Part shown: positions 10,936 through 19,539 of the stretch, piece by piece | Layout: each line of letters opens with the position of its first letter | How positions within the stretch are numbered: position 1 is the stretch's first letter | DNA from: Candidatus Saccharimonadota bacterium | GTDB taxonomy: Bacteria; Pseudomonadota; Alphaproteobacteria; Rickettsiales; Anaplasmataceae | Reading direction: 5' to 3' | Length of the DNA stretch: 32,000 bases | NCBI GenBank assembly: GCA_029715105.1 | Contig: CP085695.1 | Span: forward strand, 390,001-422,000 | The notes under the pieces: model-generated | Told to the model about the DNA's origin: nothing | Seen by the model: only the letters and a program-made list of their open reading frames with translations | The model's database searches: none | Position numbers and translations under genes: made by a program

Positions 10936-10964
10936 GTTATAAAAAAACCGCTACTTATTGACAA
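10936..10964 (-). promoter_or_regulatory. Candidate sigma70-type promoter for the MrpD-like gene
   Basis: The minus strand reads TTGTCA (10964-10959), a 17-nt spacer, then TATAAC (10941-10936), ending 31 nt upstream of the ATG at 10904. The -35 element sits inside a 7-bp inverted repeat (CTACTTA 10951-10957 / TAAGTAG 10973-10979). Confidence 0.3.
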
Positions 10965-11689
10965 ATGAGCCTTAAGTAGGTATGACATATTTCTTGGATA
11001 TTTTAAAATATATACTTAACGAGGTCTGTATTTCTTAATGCATACAGAAACCCTTATAGAGACTTATCCTTATAACTTTTATAATTAGCTTATTGATAAC
11101 AATATGCATAATATAAGCCTTTCATAAAATATGAAAATATTCAATAATTTTATTATTCTATAATATTTTTATGTCTTGTCTAGGTTTTTTAATAAGAATT
11201 TTTAATATCTTATATTCTTGACTTATATAGAATTACATAATTAAAATAATATTTATATTTTAAGTATCTACTTCATTATAATTTTATAGTTTTATTATAA
11301 ATTTAAATTAGTGTTAAAAACACAAAGACACCTAAATAAAATCTGTTATTTTTATATGCAATTATTTAAATAAGGTTATAAAAGGAAAATATCCGTTTAT
11401 TTTAATATGGGAAACAACCTTCTAAGGATTGGTTGTTGTAGGCGGTAATAATAACGGGTTGAAATAACAGTAAATTTAAAATTTAAAACATCTTTTTGCC
11501 CTACTTTAATTGAAAGTAAAATTTTTTATTAAGTTATTGCAATAAATTTGTAAAATAAGCATTTGAATAATTCAATTCTTAATTCTTTATGAAAACCCTT
11601 ATGGATGTAATATAACTTCATTATATATAGAATGCTATCATCAATAATTCTAATTTTAGATATTAAATATATTTAAAAATTCTTATAGT

Positions 11690-12805
11690 TTATTTTAATA
11701 ACATCCTAAAAACTTTTCTTACATAATTCAATTCTTGCACACCATTCACTGTATAGAGCGGTATTGTCTGTCGCTCAACACCAGGTATTTCTATAAAAAC
11801 CTTGCCTACCTCTTGTCCTTTCTCAATCGGAGCTGGTATCATATCTTCATACTTAAGATATACCTTAATCTTATTATGTAAATGACGATTATATGTTATA
11901 ACAACATCGTTTGCAACCTTAATAGGAACTTTCCTATCTTTTCCATACAAAACATTTATTTCTTCGACTATATCGTCCTTAGTAAATATTTTTCTAGTAT
12001 TAAAATTGTTTAATGAATATTGTATTAATCTTTTTGCTTCTTCTACTCGTTCTATTTCGTTACTCAGTCCATTTATAACAACAAAGATTCTTCTATCATT
12101 TCGTTTCGCAGATACTGCAATACCATATCCACCAGCATCTGTATATCCAGTCTTTAAACCATCAACTCCAATATCATAAAAAAGTAAAAGATTTTTATTT
12201 TTTTGTATAATATTATTATATTTCAGGTATTGTTCAGAAAACAAGTTATAATATTCTGGAAAATCAGTAAAAATTCTCTTTGCTAATATTGCTAAATCTT
12301 TTGCACTCATAAAATGATCTCTATCCGGCCAACCGCTTGAATTAACAAAATGACTATTATCTAAATTTAAATTGTATGCGAATTCATTCATTTCCATTAC
12401 AAAATTCTCCTCTGATCCTGCGATCCCTTCGGCTAACGCAATACAAGCATCATTACCAGAAACTATTATAATCCCCTCCAACAGCTCTTTCACAGTAACA
12501 AATTGACCTTCTTTTAAAAACATAGAAGAGCCTTTTCTTTCCCAAGCCTTTCTACTTACTCTAAACTTATCTTCCATATTAATTACACCATTTTTTATAT
12601 AATCAAAAGCAACATATAGAGTCATTAACTTGCTCATTGAAGATGGAGCCATTCTTTCATTTGAATTATGTTCAAAGATAAAAGAATCTGAAGGTAAATC
12701 CAAAACTACTGCTTGATTTGCTATAGTTTTAAATTGATATGAATTTGAAGAAAACGAATTTAAAAAAGCTAACAGTAAAATTATAAGTTTTTTCAATGTA
12801 TTCAT
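11690..12805 (-). CDS. Serine-type D-alanyl-D-alanine carboxypeptidase (PBP5/6-like, peptidase S11)
   Basis: 371 aa with an N-terminal signal-like segment MNTLKKLIILLLAFLNSFSS. All three penicillin-binding motifs are present: SMSK (SxxK), SGND (SxN) and KTGYT (KTG). Confidence 0.88.
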   Translation of the reverse strand: MNTLKKLIILLLAFLNSFSSNSYQFKTIANQAVVLDLPSDSFIFEHNSNERMAPSSMSKLMTLYVAFDYIKNGVINMEDKFRVSRKAWERKGSSMFLKEGQFVTVKELLEGIIIVSGNDACIALAEGIAGSEENFVMEMNEFAYNLNLDNSHFVNSSGWPDRDHFMSAKDLAILAKRIFTDFPEYYNLFSEQYLKYNNIIQKNKNLLLFYDIGVDGLKTGYTDAGGYGIAVSAKRNDRRIFVVINGLSNEIERVEEAKRLIQYSLNNFNTRKIFTKDDIVEEINVLYGKDRKVPIKVANDVVITYNRHLHNKIKVYLKYEDMIPAPIEKGQEVGKVFIEIPGVERQTIPLYTVNGVQELNYVRKVFRMLLK

Positions 12806-13212
12806 TTTTAATAACCAATAACCATACTAATGACCACAAAATAATTATGGTATAGCTCTTAATTAAATATGTTTCAAATAAATGTCTTTTATTATTGTGA
12901 TCCTCACAAGACTAAAAATTAAATAAAATTATCAATTTATTGATTTACTTTAATGCTTATAAAGCAGTATTATTATGTAATAATAAAATATTACACTCAA
13001 CGAAATGCTAAATTGAGTTTATGATGTTATCAATATCAAAATATTTAATTAAAATTAAAAATTCTATACTACAGAATCAAGTTATAAGTACAAATTAAAA
13101 AACACACATATAATAATATTAAAAAATCTAGTAAAATAAAGATATAGATCTTTATCTCCTTGTTGTTATAATTAATTATAATTAACGCTCATTTTAATAT
13201 ATAAATTTTTAA

Positions 13213-14682
13213 ATGAATGAATTAAGGAAATTAAGTATTACAGAGATGCACAGCGGACTTAAACGTAAAGATTTTTCTGCTGTTGAACTTGTAAAAGCAC
13301 ATATTGATGCAGTTGAAAATGAAAAGCTAAATGCATTTGTAACAAAAACTCCAGAAATAGCAATAAAAGCTGCAAAAGCAGCAGATGAGTATTTTTTAAA
13401 AAAGAATTGTAATATGCCATTTATGGGTATTCCATTTGGCATAAAAGATTTATTTTGCACAAAGGGAATAAAAACAACTGCATGTTCAAAAATGCTGGAG
13501 AATTTTATTCCTACTTATGAATCAACAGTATCTGAGTTACTTCTAAAAAGTGGAGCAGCTATATTAGGTAAACTTAATATGGATGAGTTTGCTATGGGTT
13601 CTGCAAATACAAATAGCTATTTTGGTCCTGTTGAAAATGTATGGATTAGAAAAAGTGATGGAAAAAAAGTCGTACCTGGCGGATCGTCTGGTGGATCCGC
13701 GGCGTCTGTTGCAGGATTTTTATGTGCTGGAGCTTTAGGCAGCGATACAGGCGGATCTGTACGACAACCAGCAGCATATTGTGGAGTAGTTGGTACAAGG
13801 CCAACTTATGGAAGGTGTTCACGTTTTGGTATGATTGCATTTGCAAGCTCTATGGACCAGGCTGGTGTTATTACTCGCTCTGTTTCTGATTCAGCACTAA
13901 CACTAGAAGTAATTTGTGGATATGATAGTAAAGATTCAACATCTAGTAAAAGGCCAGTTCCTAAATTTTCTGACCTTATACACAGTGATATCAAAGGCAA
14001 ACGTATTGGCATTCCAAAAGAATATAGAATGAATGGAATTTCAGAGGAAATATTTTACCACTGGGAAAAAGTTTCCTCTGATTTAGAGAAAAATGGAGCT
14101 GAAGTATTTGATATTACATTACCACATACTAAATATGCAATACCAGTTTATTATTTAATTTGTTCTGCTGAAGCTTCATCTAATCTTGCCCGTTATGACG
14201 GTATACGTTACGGATTTAGAGCTAGTGCTGACTCTCTTGAAGAGATGTATTCGCTAACAAGAGCAGAAGGTTTTGGAAGAGAAGTAAAAAGAAGAATATT
14301 AATTGGTGGTTATGCACTTTCTTCGCATTACTATAATGAATACTACGAGAAAGCACAACGTATTAGAGCGTTAATTAGAAATGATTTTATAAAGGCATTT
14401 GAAAAAATAGATTATATACTCGTTCCATCTGCTCCAACAGAAGCTTTCGGATTAAATGAAAAGCCAGATCCATTAATCATGTGTATCAATGATATTTTTA
14501 CTATACCAGCTAGCTTAGCTGGATTACCAGCTGTTTCAGTTCCAGTTGGGCTTTCTAATGAAGGTTTACCACTTGGTTTACAAGTAATTGGAAACTATTA
14601 TGATGAAGCTGGAATATTAAATATAGCAAATATAATAGAACAAAATTGTGGCAAGGTAATTGAATTAAATGATAATTTATAA
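13213..14682 (+). CDS. gatA: Asp-tRNA(Asn)/Glu-tRNA(Gln) amidotransferase subunit A
   Basis: 489 aa with the amidase signature GGSSGGSAASVAGF...GSDTGGSVRQPAAYCGVVG. The N-terminus LSITEMHSGLKRKDFSAVEL is typical of GatA. No gatC or gatB is adjacent. Confidence 0.95.
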   Translation: MNELRKLSITEMHSGLKRKDFSAVELVKAHIDAVENEKLNAFVTKTPEIAIKAAKAADEYFLKKNCNMPFMGIPFGIKDLFCTKGIKTTACSKMLENFIPTYESTVSELLLKSGAAILGKLNMDEFAMGSANTNSYFGPVENVWIRKSDGKKVVPGGSSGGSAASVAGFLCAGALGSDTGGSVRQPAAYCGVVGTRPTYGRCSRFGMIAFASSMDQAGVITRSVSDSALTLEVICGYDSKDSTSSKRPVPKFSDLIHSDIKGKRIGIPKEYRMNGISEEIFYHWEKVSSDLEKNGAEVFDITLPHTKYAIPVYYLICSAEASSNLARYDGIRYGFRASADSLEEMYSLTRAEGFGREVKRRILIGGYALSSHYYNEYYEKAQRIRALIRNDFIKAFEKIDYILVPSAPTEAFGLNEKPDPLIMCINDIFTIPASLAGLPAVSVPVGLSNEGLPLGLQVIGNYYDEAGILNIANIIEQNCGKVIELNDNL

Positions 14683-14697
14683 CAATTAAAAAGAAAG

Positions 14698-14713
14698 TTG
14701 TTATTAATAACAA
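14698..14713. terminator. Perfect 16-bp palindrome between convergent genes (possible bidirectional terminator)
   Basis: TTGTTATTAATAACAA lies in the 51-bp gap between the gatA stop (14682) and the AEC transporter stop (14734). It is an all-AT-rich stem with no clear U tract. Confidence 0.25.
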
Positions 14714-14733
14714 AATGCCTTCATTAGAAATAA

Positions 14734-15687
14734 TTAGTAGGCATAAATATTTACTGAATTAAATGGAAAGAAGTTTGGAAAAAACAGTGTTATTACTAGT
14801 GGAACATAAAATAAACCTACAGCAGTACTTATAAAAAGCAATAAAGTAGCTCTATCTGGTTGATAATTTAAAATATTAGCAAGTATTACACTGGATCCAG
14901 AAACTGGAATGATAGCTAATAATATCAGCGCCTTATATATACTCTCATCATATATGTTTGTAATATATTTATCTATTAAAACAATTCCCAAAACAAATAT
15001 TGGCCAAAATATATACTTTGCTATAATAGTAGCTAAGGCAAGTTTCCAATCTATTTTAAAATTTGTAATCTGCGCAATACTAATTCCAAGTAGCATCATT
15101 CCTAATGTAATAAAAGTACTTCTAACGTTTACCATAGTATCCATCAAAAATATTGGTATTTGTATATTACATATTCTTAAAGAGAAGCCTATAATCATTG
15201 CATAAGAAGAAGGAAGCTTGAAAAGTCTTAACATACATTCTCTTGCTGTATATATACCATTTGCAGCTATATAGAATCCCAAACTATTTTCAAACAATAC
15301 CATTCCTATATAACATATAACATAAACAGATACCGAGCTTTCGTTAAATAGAGTCATAGCAATCGGTAGACCAAAATAACCCATACTTGTACTTCCTGAA
15401 CTAAATGCTAATATATTTTTTGTATTGTCTTTAAATAAAAAAGAAGAAAGATAATATACCAATAAAGAAATAGTGCTACCTATAAACCATATTAAAATTG
15501 GTAAAGAAACTACTTTTATGGTAACATTTGTATTAGATATTCCATATAAAATCACTATTGGATTAGCTATATAAAATAATATTTGAGATATAGTATCCCT
15601 ATCAATTTTAAGGAATTTTCCAGATAAGTAACCAATAAGTATTGTAACATAAATTGGCAATACTTTAAAAAAAAGAATAAAGAACAT
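14734..15687 (-). CDS. AEC (auxin efflux carrier) family transporter
   Basis: 317-aa ORF with about 10 TM segments. The N-terminus (LPIYVTILIGYLSGKFLKIDRDTISQILFYIANPIVILYGI) matches the Mem_trans/AEC family pattern. Confidence 0.75.
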   Translation of the reverse strand: MFFILFFKVLPIYVTILIGYLSGKFLKIDRDTISQILFYIANPIVILYGISNTNVTIKVVSLPILIWFIGSTISLLVYYLSSFLFKDNTKNILAFSSGSTSMGYFGLPIAMTLFNESSVSVYVICYIGMVLFENSLGFYIAANGIYTARECMLRLFKLPSSYAMIIGFSLRICNIQIPIFLMDTMVNVRSTFITLGMMLLGISIAQITNFKIDWKLALATIIAKYIFWPIFVLGIVLIDKYITNIYDESIYKALILLAIIPVSGSSVILANILNYQPDRATLLLFISTAVGLFYVPLVITLFFPNFFPFNSVNIYAY

Positions 15688-15899
15688 ATTAGATTAACTG
15701 CAAATTTTATACCTTCAACTGATAAATTGACATTAGATCTCAAGACACTGTAAAAGTAAACACAATTTTTTAGTTTATCTTAACCCATATTTTAATGAAA
15801 CCTCTCCCCTAAAATGGGGCACCTCTTAAACATTTTTTTTGCAAAAATTTTCTTATTTAAGAATTGATGTCATAGAACATAAACAAAGGAATTCAAGCT

Positions 15900-17171
15900 T
15901 TACATCTTTTTAAAGATAAGTGACGCATTAGTACCGCCGAAACCAAACGAATTAGAAAGTACACATTTAATCTTATGTTCTTGAGCCTTAAAAGGCACAA
16001 AATTTAAGTCACATCCCTCTGAAGGATTATATAAATTTAAAGTTGGAGGAATAATTCCTTCATTTAACGCAAGAATACTAAATATTGCCTCAACGCTACC
16101 TGCAGCACCAAGTAAATGTCCTATAGAGGATTTTGTTGAAGAAATTGGTATTTTATAAGCATAATCACCGAATAATTGTTTTATTGCTATTACTTCAATT
16201 TTATCTCCAAGTAATGTTGAAGTTCCATGAGCATTGATATATCCAATTTGATTTGGATTAATTTGTGCACTTTGCAAAGCAAGTTGTATTGATTTTAACG
16301 CACCCTTTCCACTCTTATGTGGAGCAGTAATATGATAAGCATCCCCAGTCAATCCATATCCAACAAGTTCTGCATATATTTTTGCTCCTCTTTTTTTTGC
16401 ATGTTTATATTCTTCCAATACTAATACGCCAGCTCCTTCGCCCATAACAAATCCATCACGTTCTTCGTCCCATGGCCTTGAAGCTTCTTCAGGATTATCA
16501 TTAAATTTAATTGATAATGCTTTCATAGACGTAAAACCTGCAATTCCAACCCTACAAAGTGCACTTTCCGCACCACCTGCAATCATTATATCTGCTTCAT
16601 TAAGTTTTATAGTTTTTACTGAATTTATAATTGCATGTGCACCTGTTGCACAAGCTGTTGCGCTTGAATCATTTGGGCCTGTAAACTTATATTTAATAGA
16701 GACATGACCAGATATTAGATTTATTAAGCTTGCTGGAACAAAAAACGGACTAACACGTTTAGGGCCTTTCTTTTGCATAATAATCACGTTTTCTTGAATT
16801 AAAGAAAGGCCACCTATACCGGAACCAATAATTACACCAACCCGTTCACGATTAATGTTTTTATTTTCTAAAATGAATGAATCATTCACTGCTTGAACAG
16901 CAGCCGCAACACCATAATGGATAAAAAGATCTGCTCTTTTTAAATCTTTTTCAGAAAAATAATCCAGTGGATTAAAATAATGTTTAATATCATTACCCCG
17001 CAATGGAACCTGTCCTGCAACTTTACTTGCAAGATCTGATACATCAAATCTATTTATTTTCCTTATACCAGACTTACCATCTATTAGCCTAATCCAAGTA
17101 TTTTTTACATCTGCTGCTAACGGAGTAATTAAACCAATACCAGTAACTACAACTCTTCTATTATTAATCAC
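15900..17171 (-). CDS. fabF: 3-oxoacyl-[acyl-carrier-protein] synthase II
   Basis: It has the active-site Cys in SATACATGAHAI and the catalytic His motifs NAHGTSTLLGD and GHLLGAAG. I prefer GTG at 17171 (MINNRRVVVTGIG...), which overlaps the acpP stop by 8 nt. The ORF-track TTG at 17201 would add 10 aa and a 38-nt overlap. Confidence 0.93.
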   Translation of the reverse strand: MINNRRVVVTGIGLITPLAADVKNTWIRLIDGKSGIRKINRFDVSDLASKVAGQVPLRGNDIKHYFNPLDYFSEKDLKRADLFIHYGVAAAVQAVNDSFILENKNINRERVGVIIGSGIGGLSLIQENVIIMQKKGPKRVSPFFVPASLINLISGHVSIKYKFTGPNDSSATACATGAHAIINSVKTIKLNEADIMIAGGAESALCRVGIAGFTSMKALSIKFNDNPEEASRPWDEERDGFVMGEGAGVLVLEEYKHAKKRGAKIYAELVGYGLTGDAYHITAPHKSGKGALKSIQLALQSAQINPNQIGYINAHGTSTLLGDKIEVIAIKQLFGDYAYKIPISSTKSSIGHLLGAAGSVEAIFSILALNEGIIPPTLNLYNPSEGCDLNFVPFKAQEHKIKCVLSNSFGFGGTNASLIFKKM

Positions 17172-17433
17172 TAACTTTTTTTTTGTTATAGATATACTCA
17201 ACTATTTGCTCTACAGTTTCCATTTTCTGCGCATCCTCATCAGGTATTTCTATACCAAATTCTTCTTCTGCTAGCATAATTATTTCAACGGCATCTAGAC
17301 TATCTGCGCCATGATCCGAAAGTTTTGAAGAGTTACTAAGTTTTTCTATATCTTTACTAATATGTCCTAATACAATCTTTCTTACTTTCTCTTCTATGTT
17401 CTTTCTGGTGTTTTTTATTAATTCACTACTCAT
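17164..17433 (-). CDS. acpP: Acyl carrier protein
   Basis: 89 aa with the phosphopantetheine attachment motif GADSLDAVEIIM followed by EEEFGIEIPDEDA. It sits immediately upstream of fabF. Confidence 0.93.
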   Translation of the reverse strand: MSSELIKNTRKNIEEKVRKIVLGHISKDIEKLSNSSKLSDHGADSLDAVEIIMLAEEEFGIEIPDEDAQKMETVEQIVEYIYNKKKVSD

Positions 17434-17956
17434 TTAAATAAAATTAAAATAAATTAACTTATCTGATCTTATATATAATATTTATATATTTGCAATACCT
17501 TTCTAATTATATAGAAAACACCTTTGTAAGAAATTTTCTTTTGCAATTAGAAAGCTCTGAAAAAACATTATACAATATACTCTAAATTAGTAAATTAAAT
17601 AATTTAAAATTAAAAGAACTTATCTGGGAAATTAATATAATTTAGCTAGAGCATTTTATAAAAAACAAGTTTCATTCCTGTAATAAAATATTATCTTACC
17701 GTTGGTCTTAGTGAATTATTTTATATATTTTAAAACCAAATAAAACTTTTAATTTATTATTATCATTTACAGTTCTCTAATATTATTTAATGCTCATTTT
17801 ATTTTCTAGATATTATCCTCCTTAAGACAATTTTATCATTTAAACGTTATATAACACGTGCACAAAGCTTTTATAATAAAAAGAAAACTGTAAAATAAAT
17901 AAAAGATTTTTAGCAAAATTAAAAATTTATTAAAATAGAACAAATTCACTAATTTA

Positions 17957-18868
17957 ATGATTAGAAAAATTTTTCTACAAATATTTATTTCTATAATGAT
18001 AATTATCATTCTAACTTCTACTTTTATATTCATAATTATTCAAATAAATAAAAGCAGACCAGAAAAGAAAGATAAGTTTTATGAATTAAGAAGTACCACT
18101 AATAATAACTTAATGCAAACAATAACATATCACTTAATGAAACCGATATTTGAATCAATATTTGATTACTGTATTGAAAAATATGGATTAAAAGAATACT
18201 TAAAAAAAACAATACATCAAGAAAAAGAAGAAAATTCAATAAACTTTTATGAAATTACGGAAGGTAGTGGTATAAAATCTATGTGCGGTCAAATAGTTTC
18301 ACTACAAATATACAAAATATCCGGTAATTTATTAACATCATTCTTAAGTCAAAATCAAGTTACTTCTAATATTACTTTAAAAATAGGTCAAGATGATTTG
18401 AAGGAACTAAGCTTAGGAATAATTGGTATGAAAGAAGGAGGAGAACGCATAATTATTGTAAAAATTACTAATAATAATAAAATAACTTATAACTCTTATT
18501 ATATTAAATTAATCGAAATAAAAGATAAATACCCAGATTCAGTAAATAATATGATTATCTTCGACGATTTAGTTAATAAAATTGGGAAACAAGTAAAATG
18601 TGGCGATGAAATATCAATTAAGTATAGTATAATAGATCATAATGGTAGATATGTAATCAAAAATCAGACAATACAACTTAAAGTTGGTAGTAAAATGATG
18701 CCACTTGCTATAGAGCTTGGAGTAATTGGAATGAGAATCGGCGATAGTAGAACTATCATTTCTCCACCAGAACTTTTGAATGTTAATAATGAAATGTTAA
18801 TTCCAAGTATAGACACCGATAAAAAAGACGCTTTTATAATTAAACTCAGCTTAAGTTTAAAAACTTGA
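17957..18868 (+). CDS. Membrane-anchored protein with two degenerate FKBP-type PPIase-like domains
   Basis: 303 aa with an N-terminal hydrophobic anchor at residues about 5-29. Two segments (about aa 95-190 and 197-303) follow the FKBP pattern: G.G...CGQIVSLQIYKIS...ITLKIGQDDL..LSLGIIGMKEGGERIIIV, and GKQVKCGDEISIKYSIIDHNGRY...IQLKVGSKMMPLAIELGVIGMRIGDSRTIISPPELL. Confidence is higher that this is a real gene than in the function. Confidence 0.55.
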   Translation: MIRKIFLQIFISIMIIIILTSTFIFIIIQINKSRPEKKDKFYELRSTTNNNLMQTITYHLMKPIFESIFDYCIEKYGLKEYLKKTIHQEKEENSINFYEITEGSGIKSMCGQIVSLQIYKISGNLLTSFLSQNQVTSNITLKIGQDDLKELSLGIIGMKEGGERIIIVKITNNNKITYNSYYIKLIEIKDKYPDSVNNMIIFDDLVNKIGKQVKCGDEISIKYSIIDHNGRYVIKNQTIQLKVGSKMMPLAIELGVIGMRIGDSRTIISPPELLNVNNEMLIPSIDTDKKDAFIIKLSLSLKT

Positions 18869-18872
18869 TAAA

Positions 18873-18896
18873 ATAATGTACATATAAATACATTAT
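18873..18896 (+). terminator. Hairpin 5 nt after the FKBP-like gene stop (weak terminator candidate)
   Basis: ATAATGTA (18873-18880), an 8-nt loop, then TACATTAT (18889-18896). The stem is AT-only and no U tract follows. Confidence 0.2.
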
Positions 18897-19539
18897 CTCC
18901 TTATCTAAATAAATAAGAGTATCAATTATATATTAAATATAACAACAATAATATTTGTAATACCAAAAATTGAAATCCACATAAGTTTTATAAGATAAAA
19001 CCACACTTTTTGACTTAGATTTATAATCTAATTATCACCTAAAGATTATATCATAATTTTTATTAAAAATACTTTGATTGTTCTATTTTGTTTATTTTCG
19101 ATTCTAATTTAGAATATTTCCAATAAGGAAACTATAATTTATTATACTTCTTCCTATTACTATTTATTCAGAATAGAATTGAAATAACTAAATTTAAAAC
19201 AAACTTTTTATAAAGTTAACTAATAAATCCTTTCTTTAACTCTTTTAGTATGGTAAATAAAACAATTTTTTATATTTAATAAATAAAATTAACTTAATAT
19301 ATAGAAGTTTTATAAAAAATACTTGTAGTGATTACTACAAACGAACTTAAATAATAACAAATCCGAAATAAAAATTAAAATATGAATAAAAACATAAATT
19401 TAAAACAACAAATTGAAGTAAATTTAACAAAATTATATTAATAATAGAATATGATAATTTAAACTCCACTAAAAAGCCTCGTTTAAAATAAAATAATTTC
19501 ATTTAAAATGAAATCTCTGATTTAATTTATATTACTAAT

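Noticed and set aside
15806-15840. A CCCC-TAAAAT-GGGG hairpin followed 13 nt later by T8, in the fabF/AEC spacer.
   Set aside because: The T run is on the plus strand, where there is no upstream gene to terminate. On the minus strand (downstream of fabF) no U tract follows the hairpin. The stem is only 4 bp and the T tract is not adjacent, so it is not a convincing intrinsic terminator.
17836-18033. A 65-aa ORF on the minus strand overlapping the start of the FKBP-like gene.
   Set aside because: It is an extremely low-complexity I/F/K/L peptide, antisense to the hydrophobic anchor of a better-supported gene.
18973-18981. A DnaA-box-like AAATCCACA, plus other TTATCC-containing 9-mers (about 6205, 11066, 17812), considered as possible oriC signals.
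   Set aside because: Each has 2 or more mismatches to TTATCCACA. They are isolated and not clustered, and the flanking genes are not those reported next to origins in Anaplasmataceae (hemE/tlyC region).
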